64,000 nt of DNA from Octopus bimaculoides (GCF_001194135.2 NC_068995.1:336582-400581); one strand, 5' to 3'. Shown: positions 1-12,852, counted from the stretch's first letter. The notes: generated by a model from the letters alone, not told the origin. Program-made: numbers and translations.

Positions 1-105
1 TCTTGTGTCTTTTTCTCACGCTCTTTTAACATTGCTGCACGTATAGAATCCTGTGTGGCCTCGGTGGACCGAAGTAAACGAAGAGATTAAGCGTTAATTC
101 CTCTG

Positions 106-137
<32 letters not shown>

Positions 138-559
138 AATGCAAGCATACAAAAGAACAAAAGATGTTTTTTTGGGTTACCTACAGCGTCTCATTATTCC
201 GTCGTTGCTTTAGGCATTATATTAAATTAAATATTACAGACAATTGCGTTGTTTGCAGATTAACGTTTCATGTTAAATGTCAAACAACAACAGCAGTAAT
301 TTAGAAGAAACCATATTTTTTACATTTGATCTTTGTGTTGCGTTACTGAATCACATCACCCGTATAGGTGTTCACGTGTAGGTGTTGGGAAATGAGGGTA
401 GTTGGATCTTACATAGAATCTGTGGCGGTGGTGATCTGTTTCGGGGATTCTGTGTTGGTGGTGTAATGTAGGCAGAATTTCTGTGATGTATTGTTTAAGT
501 AGTGTAGTGTGGCGCAGCATAGTTTTGGCGGTGTGGTGCTGGCTTCTATTCTAATGTTA

Positions 560-775
560 GCGTGGTGAGCTGGCCGAATCGTTAGCACGCCGGGCAAAAT
601 GCTTAGCGGTTTTTCGTCTGCCTTTACGTTCTCAGTTCAAATTCCACCAAGGTCGACTTTAACTTTCATCTTTTCGGATCGATAAAATGAGTACCGGTTG
701 CATACTGGGGTTGATATAATCAACTTACCTCCTCCCTTGAAATTGCTAGCCACATCTGAAACCAACAGAGTTTAG
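560..775 (+). mobile_element. tRNA-derived SINE, family B
   Basis: A-box-like TGAGCTGGCCGAATCG, B-box-like CAGTTCAAATTCC, then gtcgactttaactttcatc...gataaaatgagtacc; same sequence recurs many times in the window. Confidence 0.8.
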
Positions 776-974
776 TTTTGCAGCGACTTCTTGTGGTTGT
801 AAACGTTATGATAGCTGTTACGGGTTCGTGTTGTTGTTGCTGCTCTTCTTTTCATTATAATTATTATAACTATTGTTGTTACATGTGTTGTTATTGGTGC
901 TATACTAATTTATATTATTTTATGGGTGTTGTTTTCATTGCTGCTGCTGCTCTTATTCTTCATATTAAAAGTCT

Positions 975-1305
975 GAAGGTGCGTGGCTTAGTGGTTAGGG
1001 CATTTGGCTCATAAACTGCCAGGTTGTGAGTTCGATCCTCGGCGCTGAGTTGTGTCCTTGAGCAAGACACTTTATTTCGCGTTGTTCCAGTCAGCTGTCA
1101 AAAATAAGTTGTACCAGTAATTCTAAGGGACCAGCTTTATAACATTCCGTGTCACGCTCGATCATCCTAAGTACTACATGAAAGGCATGTATGTCTGTGG
1201 AGTGCTCAGCCACTTGCACGTTAATTCCACGAGAAGGCTATCCCGTCGATCGGATCAACTGGAATACTCGTCGTCGTCGCAACTGACGGAGTGCCAAATT
1301 ATTAA
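975..1305 (+). mobile_element. tRNA-derived SINE, family C
   Basis: Head GTGGCTTAGTGGTTAGG...GAGTTCGATCC followed by ttgtgtccttgagcaagacact; a related head occurs at 59296-59420. Confidence 0.7.
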
Positions 1306-1428
1306 AAGTGTTGCTATTGTTGTTGTTGTTATGGTTGTCGTTGCTTTTATTTGTTGTAAAAACAAATAAAAGTTCTGGGTTCACGGTTCAGGGTCCTCCT
1401 GCCAATAAGTGTGCGTTCGGGTTTGCCA

Positions 1429-1429
<1 letters not shown>

Positions 1430-1487
<58 letters not shown>

Positions 1488-1673
1488 NNNNNNNNNNNNN
1501 NNNNNNNNNNNNNNNNNNNNNNNNNNNNNNNNNNNNNNNNNNNNNNNNNNNNNNNNNNNNNNNNNNNNNNNNNNNNNNNNNNNNNNNNNNNNNNNNNNNN
1601 NNNNNNNNNNNNNNNNNNNNNNNNNNNNNNNNNNNNNNNNNNNNNNNNNNNNNNNNNNNNNNNNNNNNNNNNN

Positions 1674-1718
<45 letters not shown>

Positions 1719-1720
1719 TA
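1430..1720. repeat. (GT)n / (TA)n / (CA)n microsatellites flanking assembly gap 1488-1673
   Basis: Direct reading of sequence. Confidence 0.95.
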
Positions 1721-2199
1721 CAAACACGCGCACGCTAAGCCTGCATAGGTCATTAATTCCGCAATGGCTCTACCTCACATCTAATCACCTACTTATCTAT
1801 GTACCTATCAACCTACCCCTAGATGCCTGCCTGCCGACCTACCGCTATTCGAACCCATATACCCGCAAGCAGCCCGTTTCGCGCCTTTCCTTTCAGTTGT
1901 TTGTTGTATTGGTTTTATAGCAAACCGCCATTGCACTATTCCGGTCAGATATATTTATGACCAGTCAATAAGTGAACAAATCCCAAATACCGTGGAAGAG
2001 TAGGAGGAGGAAGAGGGGAGAAGGAAGGGAGGGGTATTTATTATGACCGGAATCTAAAATGGCAAGAGGTGAGAAAATATGATTCTAACGATTCCTAATT
2101 GGAATCGGTGGGGGGGGGATGGAGAGGAGATGGGGGAATGTAAAATGTGAGGTGAATGGCAAAATGTGAGGTGAACTGCTAGGATGTAGAATAACGGTT

Positions 2200-2345
2200 A
2201 TTGAACCTTTGGTCAAGCTCGATGAAGCATTAAAGACGGTCAAACTGTGATCATCTTGTCTTTTCGTACTCGTCTTTCATTTTATACAGTAAGGTGTGAT
2301 TTGAGGAAGATTTGGCTGCTATATCTAGATGATCCTACAACCACA
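2200..2345 (-). repeat. Dispersed short repeat family D (ggctgctatttctag / gtgtgatttgagg motif)
   Basis: Reverse-complement similarity to 25440-25620 and 37280-37440. Confidence 0.45.
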
Positions 2346-2529
2346 TGAAATGTAAACCTTTAAGAAAAACACTTCGACAGAATTAATAAACAATTCCATG
2401 TTTCTTGTTCACCGAGCAGAATATAAAAAAAATAACTACGGCGGGATTTGAACTCAGAACTTCAAAAATTGGGACTAAATACTACTCTATCTTCTTAGCC
2501 ATCCGCTTTCTTCATTACTACATATGATA

Positions 2530-2747
2530 GTAATGGTTCCCAATTTTGGCACAAGGTCAGCTAGTTTAAGGGACAGGACTAGTCAATTACAGCAATTCCA
2601 GTGACCAACTGGTACTCATTTTATCGACCCTCGAAAGAATGAAAGGCAAAGTGGACCTCGGCGGAATTTGAACTCAGAACGCAAAAAAGGATGAAATGTT
2701 GCTAAGCATTTTGCCTGGCCTGCTAACGAATCTGCCAGCTCGCCGCC
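2530..2747 (-). mobile_element. tRNA-derived SINE, family B
   Basis: Reverse complement of family B: ...ggcggaatttgaactcagaac...gctaacgaatctgccagctcgccgcc. Confidence 0.85.
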
Positions 2748-2753
2748 ATAACA

Positions 2754-2797
<44 letters not shown>

Positions 2798-3580
2798 TAT
2801 TATTATTATTATTATAATAATAAAGGAGCAGAGTGTAGGATATTGAGCTGAAAACAGTGTAAGAATGAACAAAAGGAAATTTCAATGCTAGAAATAACAG
2901 CCAGAATCAATCAAGTAGCAGCCTGCGGCTATCGTGAGAAAGAAAAGGGACACAACATATATTGGAGAAAAATAGTCGTGGATATATAAAAACGACTGGA
3001 TGGCCATGATTGGAACATCTTTTTTAATATCACAACTTAATCAGAATTGACGTGGATCTAAACCTCGCGTCCCTATTGAACACATATCAATTTCACACAC
3101 ACACATACACACGTGAAATATAGAGTTAGAAGCTACTTCAGTTAATATCTTTTCTTTTCCTCTCCTCGTCTTGGTACCCTTCCATCGCACCCATCAATAA
3201 ACCACCTGGCAAGTGGGTGTAGGGGTGAATGGCGTCGGGATTTATTTGGGGTGTCTTCAGAGGCGAACACTCGATTGATATAAATATGTGTGCGAGTGCA
3301 AGTGTATGTATATAGACAGACAGAGAGTTATATATATATATATNNNNNNNNNNNNNNNNNNNNNNNNNNNNNNNNNNNNNNNNNNNNNNNNNNNNNNNNN
3401 NNNNNNNNNNNNNNNNNNNNNNNNNNNNNNNNNNNNNNNNNNNNNNNNNNNNNNTATATATACATTATATTTTTAGATGTATACATTCATATGTGTATAT
3501 GTATATAAGTATGTATGAATCTACTTTCACTTTCAGTTTTACTCCCGTCACAAACGGTCATGTGCGTATGCATGGCTCAC

Positions 3581-3805
3581 CACGGAAATTGAAACTCTCC
3601 CGTTACATACGACACGACAAGACGTCGACGGGTGCTGTGTGGTTGGTGGGAGGGTAACGGTATAGTGGTGTGGTGAGAGATGAGTTAGTGACCTGTCGGG
3701 TACTGCATGGGTGGCACAGAACAGAAAGTGATTGGCATGGGTGCGCTGAAGAGGGCCGGGGTTGATGTATTCATAGGGAAACAACTCGGTTTCACACTTC
3801 TGCAT
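3581..3805 (-). CDS. Possible first coding exon of an unidentified gene (MQKCETELFPYEYINPGP...)
   Basis: ATG at 3805, 75 open codons to a plausible phase-0 donor TG|GTGAGC at 3581/3580, downstream of the promoter-like cluster; no homology recognised. Confidence 0.15.
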
Positions 3806-4273
3806 CTTTCCCTATTTTGCTTCCATTCACCCTTCGCCCCCGCCTCACCGTGCTCTTCTCCCGTCCTAGCTTCTGCATCACGTTGTTGTTATTGTTGTTG
3901 TTGACGATGTTACTGATGGTGTCGTCATCGTTGTAGTAGTTGTCCTTCTCATCTTCCTCTCCTCCTCATCATCATCACTATCCGTATCATAATCACCAAC
4001 AGAGGCAAAGCACCACAACTAAAACCACTAACGAGACGATCATCATCATCATCATCATCATTCCACCCTTCTCTTCTACCACCACATCTCCATCGTCGTC
4101 GTCATCTTCGTCATCACCATCGTCATCATTCATCTTTCTCGACTTCCACGGTCGCCTGCCTACCTGCCTGCCTGTGTGTCCGTGAACTATTTCGAGTGTT
4201 TGATTGATGATGGCCACACCTAGTTAGGGTCCGACTGCCACAGGCCGTTGCAAGCGGACTGTGGAGGGAGGAT

Positions 4274-4351
4274 GGGCGGCTAGGGTAGAGGGCTACACGT
4301 GTCTATCTGGCACGTGACTGGTTACTTAGACGGTGACCACGTCACACCAAT
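4274..4351. promoter_or_regulatory. Promoter-like motif cluster (GC box, two CACGTG E-boxes, CCACGTCA, CCAAT)
   Basis: GGGCGG 4274-4279, CACGTG 4296-4301, CACGTGAC 4311-4318, CCACGTCA 4337-4344, CCAAT 4347-4351, all within 80 bp. Confidence 0.4.
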
Positions 4352-5049
4352 CACACTACCACCACCTCCACCACCAACTACATCACCAGGGAGCAAACAG
4401 CAGTATAACACGGCTAAATACATCAAGCCTATGATATCCACCACTACAACCACCACCGGCACACATACTCCATTAGCACACTTACTACCACTATAAGTTC
4501 TACCCCGCCCGCTACTACGCTACACACACACACAAAAAACAGGATGGTCATGGTAGAGACGCTTGTGATCATCGGTGAGACAGGCTAAACGAGTGCAACA
4601 GTAAGACCAGCAATCACCAAAACTTACGATACCACCACCACCATCATCATCATCACCAATACCACCATCATCACAACCACCACCACCATCATCATCATCA
4701 CAACCACCACCACCACCATCATCATCATCACAACCACCACCATTGATACCTTCCAACCATTATGACGATGAGAGGGGACACTTTGAAGGGTTTGCTCAAG
4801 CTTTCTGCCTTTAGGGGCCTTTCTTAGGTCTGTAAAGATCAAACATCTATTGATGTATGTTGGTGCTTGGCGCAGTTATTTTAGGAAGACTAGGAGCTGT
4901 CCAGACATGTAAGCATTACCTCGCCATGTTTCCAATGTTTATTCAATGGTGAGGTCAACGCACCTTTGATACTGACATTGCCGTAGACATTATTGTCAGA
5001 AGACAGAAGGCGGCAAGAGATACCACAAGGCACCTAATACAACCATCGA

Positions 5050-5160
5050 AGAGTTCTACCAATTCACGAAACGATGAAAAGGAAAGACGACTTTGGTGGG
5101 ATTTGAACTTAGAACGTAGACAGTCGGAACAGATATTGCCAGACATTCTAGTTACCGTTT
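5050..5160 (-). mobile_element. SINE family B fragment
   Basis: gatgaaaaggaaagacgactttggtgggatttgaacttagaacg matches family B in reverse. Confidence 0.65.
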
Positions 5161-5401
5161 TATCATGGCTATCGAATAATTGTCACATTATTTATATATA
5201 CGTGCGTGTGTGTGCATTTGTTTTCATGCAAAACCTCTAAATCCATGTCAAGCACCGTCTGTGCAGAGTGTGAAGTTGCTGTTGGTAAGCATGGTTATTT
5301 CGTCATAGCTAAAGGCTTCATGCAGGTCTCGTGCGACGGGCGTTGGAGAATCAGACGAAAACTTTACGTGTGAGGAAATAATGCGGTTAACCAACACACA
5401 G

Positions 5402-5444
<43 letters not shown>

Positions 5445-5681
5445 TAAGTGTGTGCGAGTATATATGTATCATCCTCAAAATTGGTGCATTTAGATGTCAA
5501 GCGGTCATCACAGGAAATAAAGATAAGTAGAAAATAAAAAAAAGAAGCTAACAATTAATGAGATGCAAATATGTAAATGCATTGATAATTAGTGATGATT
5601 GGTGAAGATGGAAGTAGAAGAGAAATATAAAGATGTGAAAGGGAAAGCGGATGGAGAGAAGGAAAGAGAGATAGATACCCG

Positions 5682-5721
<40 letters not shown>

Positions 5722-7998
5722 TACACACACACACACAAACTTCAATTTGGTTCTTTTGTTTAACAAGGAGAAGACGAGAAGACAAAAAAGAAAAGTGCGT
5801 GGAGGTGGGCGCGGTGGAGAGGTGTGATAGCAAACAACACAAACGCAACAACGAACAAAACACATTCAGCCTCATCCCCCACCCCACCCATCACCACANN
5901 NNNNNNNNNNNNNNNNNNNNNNNNNNNNNNNNNNNNNNNNNNNNNNNNNNNNNNNNNNNNNNNNNNNNNNNNNNNNNNNNNNNNNNNNNNNNNNNNNNNN
6001 NNNNNNNNNNNNNNNNNNNNNNNNNNNNNNNNNNNNNNNNNNNNNNNNNNNNNNNNNNNNNNNNNNNNNNNNNNNNNNNNNNNNNNNNNNNNNNNNNNNN
6101 NNNNNNNNNNNNNNNNNNNNNNNNNNNNNNNNNNNNNNNNNNNNNNNNNNNNNNNNNNNNNNNNNNNNNNNNNNNAAATAGATTATATAAAAATGATGGA
6201 TTATGTTGATACATTCATGGCGATCATTTGTTCCAACTGGGAAGTCTGGGAAATAACCAAACAAGCGATTCCCAAGTCCATGTATCACGCCACAACCTCC
6301 CCGTTTCGGGGTCACATATATATATATATACTTGATATATAAATGCGATTGTTATGGCCGTTATAAAGGGATGGTGCTTTTTCTATGGAAGATCATTTAT
6401 CTAAATAACTGATCAGAAATCCCTCGCTTATATTTATTCGATATGCATTCCATAATTGTGATGTATTGACAGAATCGGTGGAGCCTGGAACAAAATGCAC
6501 CAACCTCGAAGTGACAGAGTAACAGAGATATTTGTGGAGATTCTAAGAGGTTTCGCTCAGTTAACAGATTTAGTCCTTCAACACCTAACCACTGATCCAT
6601 ATAACTGATGGCAAATTTTAGTAAATGAAAACCTTCTTTAAATTGATTTGCCTCTTGGAGGATATTCCTACTTCATCTTGTTGTAATAATTGGTCTGGAA
6701 TAAGGATCTTCCCTTGAAAGTTTCAAAATACTACCAACACTTTCTGAAGCTTCTTGCATCATTAAATGTTGGCTGTTTGTTGAGTATAAAGCTACATCAT
6801 GTCTGAGACACCTAAATAATTCCGTTTTTCCCAAGTTCAATCTTCCTCCACTTTTTTTTTAGCGTACTACTTTAGGATGGCGTTTTAACCACACTGGAAG
6901 CAACCCTTTCGTTGTTCAACCGACCAAGGAAATCTTAGCGGTACACGAACTCGTTACTCACAAACAATTAACCATGGAGCCAAAGGAGGAATATATAAAA
7001 TATTTAAAAATTCAATTCTCTAACTTCAAAAGTGCTATGATTTCTATGTTAACCATACAGAGATGAAAATATGACTTATTCAAAGCTGGAACCTGTTCTA
7101 CCCATTTTGGAACTAGACTACCGGAAAACAAATCTCTTGGGTCTTTTCTTCAGTTGTAGATCTTGCTCATGTCATAGAAGCAGCCGTACTATTAATAGAT
7201 TCTCGGTGACTTCTGCATTTCAAGTCAACACTCTGGAGTATCTTTCATCGAAAGTTGTTTATTTATTTAATGAAAACTAAAACAAACAAGTCCTCTTGTA
7301 CATCGTCAAAAGGTATTACTTGTGTAGGACATTTCTCCGACATAATCACGACAGAACTTGTATGAAGAGAAAGAAAGAGATATTCCACAAAGTTTTGTAA
7401 ATCCTCGAAAACCTCAACAAACATTCGCAGTTCTGTTGTTTTGGAGACTTTCCTGTTTACGTCCTGTTTTGAAGATCTTTTAATCATTGCTTTAACTCTT
7501 CCTCGAAATTCTCAAAATAGTTCATTGACAGTTTCGAAATTTTTTTCCTCCTGGACCAGTTGTTCAGAATTCAAGGTTGCCAACTTAATGCTTTAAGACC
7601 AAAGATGAAGTTTTAAAAAATGATTTAAAATCATTAATATTGATTGTAAATCTAATATGATATTGAATATCAGAAAATGTAGCTTCTATACTCTAGGCTA
7701 TAAAATAAGCGATAACTAGTTGTGTGCCGCCCATCCTACACCAGAAAGTTGAGGTTACCAAAATGTGGTACCACTCTCTTAGACTGGTAATTAACCCCAG
7801 TAACTGATTAGAAATCGTACCTTATATCTTCGATAGAAAATAAGGAGCAAGATGAAAAAACGAGAAAAGAATCGCGATGATCTGTCACTAAAATTTACTT
7901 TGTATTGGAACATAATGTTGTCACGGAAGCAATATTGCGTGGCCTTTGTCTCGTAAAATGCTATGAACTGAGCTGCACGCTTGGTTAGACTGTACTGG

Positions 7999-8031
7999 CT
8001 GATGAGGTCAAATAAGACCGAAACATTTGTT
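7999..8031 (+). ncRNA. Hammerhead ribozyme core remnant (stem I not resolved)
   Basis: CTGATGA-GGTC-aaataa-GACC-GAAA-C-attt-G-T: exact core and perfect 4-bp stem II. Confidence 0.5.
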
Positions 8032-8225
8032 TTCAAACAAAAATCAGATTGTCTTTTCTCCAAGACTGTAAATTAGTAGCTTGATAAATCAATTCATTCT
8101 TTATCGAAAGTGTATCCCCTGTTCTTCGTTAACCAATAATACCCGTCCTTTTTCTTCTTCACTTAAAAAAAAAAAAAGTTTTATAAATCCATTATAAACT
8201 GCTAACTGATAGTTCTCTCCCTAGA

Positions 8226-8267
<42 letters not shown>

Positions 8268-9155
8268 CCATACAAAGAGAGAGAGAGGGGGCGCTACACG
8301 CACACATATATGCATATGTATGTACATTGTACATCTATGTGCACACAAACATACGTACATATATGCATACATATTTATTTATTTATATGTATGTATGTAT
8401 ACGCAGACACACAGACACACACACAAGTGCACAGGGGTACACACGAGCACAAAGCCGCTGTAGACGACCAACGATAATAAGTGACCAGGAAAGTTTGTGG
8501 CTCCTGTCTGGAAGAGTCTCCTCGTTAATGGAAGGGCGAGCATTGACTGGATGTCATGTCACGTGTGAATGTACACTTCCGCAACATCAGCCCACCCCCC
8601 CTTGGCTGGCTGGTCGGCTGGCTGTGCGGTCCTCTTGTTATTGCAAGACACGTGTCTAAAGATCTGAAGTGGTCCTGGCTGGTGGACGAGAGATGACGGT
8701 GACAGGAGGGAGGGGAGCACCAAGGAGTTGCACGCCGCCGTCGTCGTCGTAGTAGTAGTCGTCATATCGCTGATGATCATGATCATCATCGTCATCACCA
8801 TCATCATCGTGTGGGCAGTGTTGGTCGGGTTGACAAGGAAACGGCTTGTTTATTCCCCAGCTCGGTTTCTGATCGAGCAGTCGAATCAATCCGTACAATC
8901 GCCTTTCCGGCCGAGACCACTGCGTCCTGGGGTTTTATTTATGATCAACAAGCCCCTTCGATAATATATGATCAGAAGGGGCTTTGGCAGTTAGCTTTAG
9001 CTGGTCGAAGGACTTCGAAGGGGGGTTCCCTGACAAGCAATGTGACTGGTGGTCGGTCCGGCGTAAATGGTGGCGGTGGCGGCGACGGTGGTACTTGAAG
9101 GATTAGATTGTGTCTGTTGTCTTATATATTTTGCATTTCAGGAGCCACGTAAGGG

Positions 9156-9216
<61 letters not shown>

Positions 9217-9420
9217 TGGTGTATCAGATGTCTGTTGAGACAATGTCACGGTGTACCTGTCAACTCCATACCACGCCACCCGTAAAATATGCTTGTTTAG
9301 TCGTCTGCGCATGTCTGCCTGTTATTGTTTGGCTTCCTGCACACGTGTGCTACTATGTATGCATGCATGCACGTACGTACGCGTGTGTATGTATATATGA
9401 ATTTACATATATTTATAATT

Positions 9421-9458
<38 letters not shown>

Positions 9459-9494
9459 CTGTGTCGTAAGAAGCATGCCTCCCTACCAAAGGGT

Positions 9495-9810
9495 ACAAGG
9501 TTCAGGGTTCAGTCCCACTGTATGGCACTTCGGCCTCAAGTCAAACAATGTTTTACGAGTAGATTTGGAAGATGGAAACTCAAAGCCCGTTGTCTGTGTG
9601 TGTGTGTGAGTGTGTGTTTGCTCTCCATCATCGCTTGACAACCGATGTTGGTGTTTACATCTCCGTAACTTAGCGGTTGAGCAAAAGACACCGATAGAAT
9701 ATATACCAGGCTTAATAAATAAGCGCTAGGGTCGATTCTTTCGCTTAAAATATTTTAAGGCGGTTCTCCAGCATGACCGGAGTCTAATAACTGAAACAAG
9801 TAAAAGATAT
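9495..9810 (+). mobile_element. tRNA-derived SINE, family A (degenerate, interrupted by (GT)n)
   Basis: gggttcagtcccactg...cgcttgacaaccgatg...cgtaacttagcggtt...ggcggttctccagcatg...actgaaacaagtaaaag. Confidence 0.8.
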
Positions 9811-10289
9811 ATCATCTAATAATAATTATATATATATNNNNNNNNNNNNNNNNNNNNNNNNNNNNNNNNNNNNNNNNNNNNNNNNNNNNNNNNNNNNNNN
9901 NNNNNNNNNNNNNNNNNNNNNNNNNNNNNNNNNNNNNNNNNNNNNNNNNNNNNNNNNNNNNNNNNNNNNNNNNNNNNNNNNNNNNNNNNNNNNNNNNNNN
10001 NNNNNNNNNNNNNNNNNNNNNNNNNNNNNNNNNNNNNNNNNNNNNNNNNNNNNNNNNNNNNNNNNNNNNNNNNNNNNNNNNNNNNNNNNNNNNNNNNNNN
10101 NNNNNNNNNNNNNNNNNNNNNNNNNNNNNNNNNNNNNNNNNNNNNNNNNNNNNNNNNNNNNNNNNNNNNNNNNNNNNNNNNTATATATATGTATGCATGT
10201 CTGTATGTACGTTGGGTTGGTTGTTGGGAATGCTTTCTTTTATCATAAGATGAAACATCAACTTATCTGGATTCATCCAAGATCAAAGC

Positions 10290-10860
10290 AAAGTCACACG
10301 ATCGACTTTGTATTAACTCGGAAAACTGACTTAGAAGAGTTGCGCAGGGGCTGATCACAAAATGGTTAGGGCTAAGCTCAAGTTCAGGGTCGGAATGAAG
10401 ATTCGTGGAGCAGGTGGACGAGTAGCAAAGAGAATTGATGGAGGAGAACTAAAGCAACCACAAGTTTCGCAGTTATTTCAGGAGAGATGCAGCAGTGTCC
10501 ATTTTGACGATTCATGGGGATTTTTTTGGTTCTAAGAGGTGACAGCCCCAAGACTGGTTTGATTCCAATGATATGGGGATAAGTGAGCTTTTAGCAACAA
10601 AGAGATCCACTCATGAAAAGCTTCTTAACCCAAAACAAAGTGCAAATTGAAAAGTTGTACAAGTCTCAGAAAGCCGACTTGCAACAAAAATCTCAGAGGC
10701 TTAAAGACACCTGGTGGAGAAAGGAATTAAAGGTGGCCCATGACAAGAAAGACGCTAAAAGTGTTTATAGTTTATTGCGGAAAGCTTTTGGACCACAAAC
10801 TTCATATGTTCCTTTGAAGTTAAAAGATGGAAAGTCTGCCAACTTTCCGGCTTACGTTTA
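10290..10860 (+). mobile_element. RTE-clade LINE fragment (end of APE domain and linker)
   Basis: Translates, with frameshifts, to ADHKMVRAKL...DWFDSNDMGISELL...DTWWRKEL..AHDKKDAKSVYSLLRKAFGPQ...LKDGKS, typical of the RTE/BovB ORF linker. Confidence 0.7.
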
Positions 10861-11169
10861 ATATAATAATAAAACACCAAAAACCTGCACAATAGAGAGA
10901 GGGTGGGGAGAGAGAGAGAAGAGAAAGAGAAGAGAGGGAGAGAGAGATAGTGGGAAGAGAGAGAAAGAGAGAAAGTGAGAGAAGGAGAGACACAGAAAGA
11001 GATGAACAACAGCGACAAGAGGAAGTTCTGTAAGTTGGGGTTGTTTTAATCTACAAAACCGTTCCTCATGCTTCATATCTTCTGTTTAAAGTTTGGACTC
11101 GTCAAATATTTGACCCCCACCCCCACACCCAGCCAAAATAGCTTGCTCTAATTGTTCCAACTCTGGCCG

Positions 11170-11320
11170 TATTGAGTTCAAATATTAACAGAGTTCAAAT
11201 ATTAACGGAGTTCAGACCCACCCTTCGCTGTCCAGAGTCGATAAAATTAAGTACCAGCTATATACTAAGGTTGACTTAATCAAGTAAGACCCTCCTCCTC
11301 CTCGTGGAACTTGTAGATAC
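11170..11320 (+). mobile_element. SINE family B fragment
   Basis: gagttcaaat...gagtcgataaaattaagtaccag...gttgacttaatc. Confidence 0.6.
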
Positions 11321-11689
11321 GTTAGGGAAGAGACAAATTATCTTGAGGGCATTTATCTGGATCTTTACGAGGGATCGAAGAAATAAAGTAACTCAAGTAT
11401 TGGAGTTCGATTTAATTCCATGACCATAAATTTCTTGCCTTATGTCTAAATTAGATGCAATTATTATAATTACTTTAATACATTTACAATAACGAAGGAG
11501 AACGACAGAACGGGACGAATGAGTTGGGAAATGTGTGTAAGGCAACAGTTACCTCCCTTGTATAATGTACAGCGGGCGATGGGATCCGACATTTGGAAAA
11601 TATTGCAAACAGGTGAGATTCATATAAGGCTATGAGCCTTATAAGCTGATATATGGGTGGGTGTGTGGGTGGGTGGGTGTGTGTCCCCA

Positions 11690-11895
11690 AGACAACCGAT
11701 GGTGGTGTGTTTACGTCCCCGTAACTTAGCGGTTCGACAGAATAAGTACTAGGCTTACAAAGAATAAGTCCTGGGATCGATTTCTTCGACTAAAAGGCAG
11801 TGCTCCAGCACGGCCGCAGNNNNNNNNNNTCTTCGACTAAAAGGCAGTGCTCCAGCACGGCCGCAGTCAAATGACTGAAACAAACAAAATAAAAG
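11690..11895 (+). mobile_element. SINE family A, 3' half
   Basis: gacaaccgatggtggtgtgtttacgtccccgtaacttagcggttcg...gcagtgctccagcacggccgcagtcaaatgactgaaac. Confidence 0.85.
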
Positions 11896-11896
11896 A

Positions 11897-11951
<55 letters not shown>

Positions 11952-12384
11952 TATATAATCCTTAATATATATAAGGATCATATATATATATTAAGGATTA
12001 AAAGTAAGTATGTGTGTTGAAGAGAGAGGAGGGGATGGGAGAGATAATGTGTTACTTGTAGCGGTGGAAATAATTCACATGTCAACGACACGGTGACAAG
12101 GCAGGTGGCGTGTACCCGCTCCGTCCACCCGATTCATCTCTCTTTCCTACCTTTTGCCAAAATTGACCGCAGTTTTTCACCCGACACGTGGCAACGCTGT
12201 CTCTGCTACATGAGACACAATTGTGTGAATGTCTGTGTCTGTGTGCAGATGGAAGAGAGTGTATATATGTCTGTGTAGATGGGAGAGAGTGTACATGTCT
12301 GTGTGTAGATAACTAATTAAAATGATGAATTTGTATTTTACACCGCCGTCTAGTGAAGATGTCTACCATCGTATGCGCTGTGTA

Positions 12385-12740
12385 TGTATGTATATTCATT
12401 CATACATACACACATATATACTTATTTATACATACATATACAAATACATACACACACACACACACACACACATAAATACATACATACATACACACATAAA
12501 TACATACATACATACACACACATATATACATACATACATACACACACATATATAAATACATACACACACACATAAATACATACATACACACACAAATACA
12601 CACACACACACATAAATACACACATATATAAATACACACATAAATACACACATAAATACACACACACACACACACAAATACACACACACAAATACACACA
12701 CACAAATACACACACACAAATACACACACATATATATATA
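12385..12740. repeat. Compound (CA)n/(TACA)n microsatellite
   Basis: Direct reading of sequence. Confidence 0.95.
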
Positions 12741-12852
12741 GTGAATAAACTTGTCTAAATTATGCAAAAATGAAAATAACACTGACATCTCATTTTAACA
12801 GACATATTTACCAAAATTACATAAAAATATCTTGAAATACTAAAGAGTAAAT

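Noticed and set aside
7095-7120. Minus-strand V*FQNG, resembling homeodomain WFQNRR
   Set aside because: Needs several substitutions including stops, and the upstream residues do not match homeodomain helices 1-3.
8998-9011. tagctggtcgaagg, partial resemblance to miR-133 arm sequence
   Set aside because: Only a ~14-nt partial match, no full mature sequence and no suitable precursor hairpin.
11784-11866. 36-bp direct duplication either side of a 10-N gap
   Set aside because: Typical unmerged contig overlap (assembly artefact). The similar flanks of gap 14265-14665 are probably the same.
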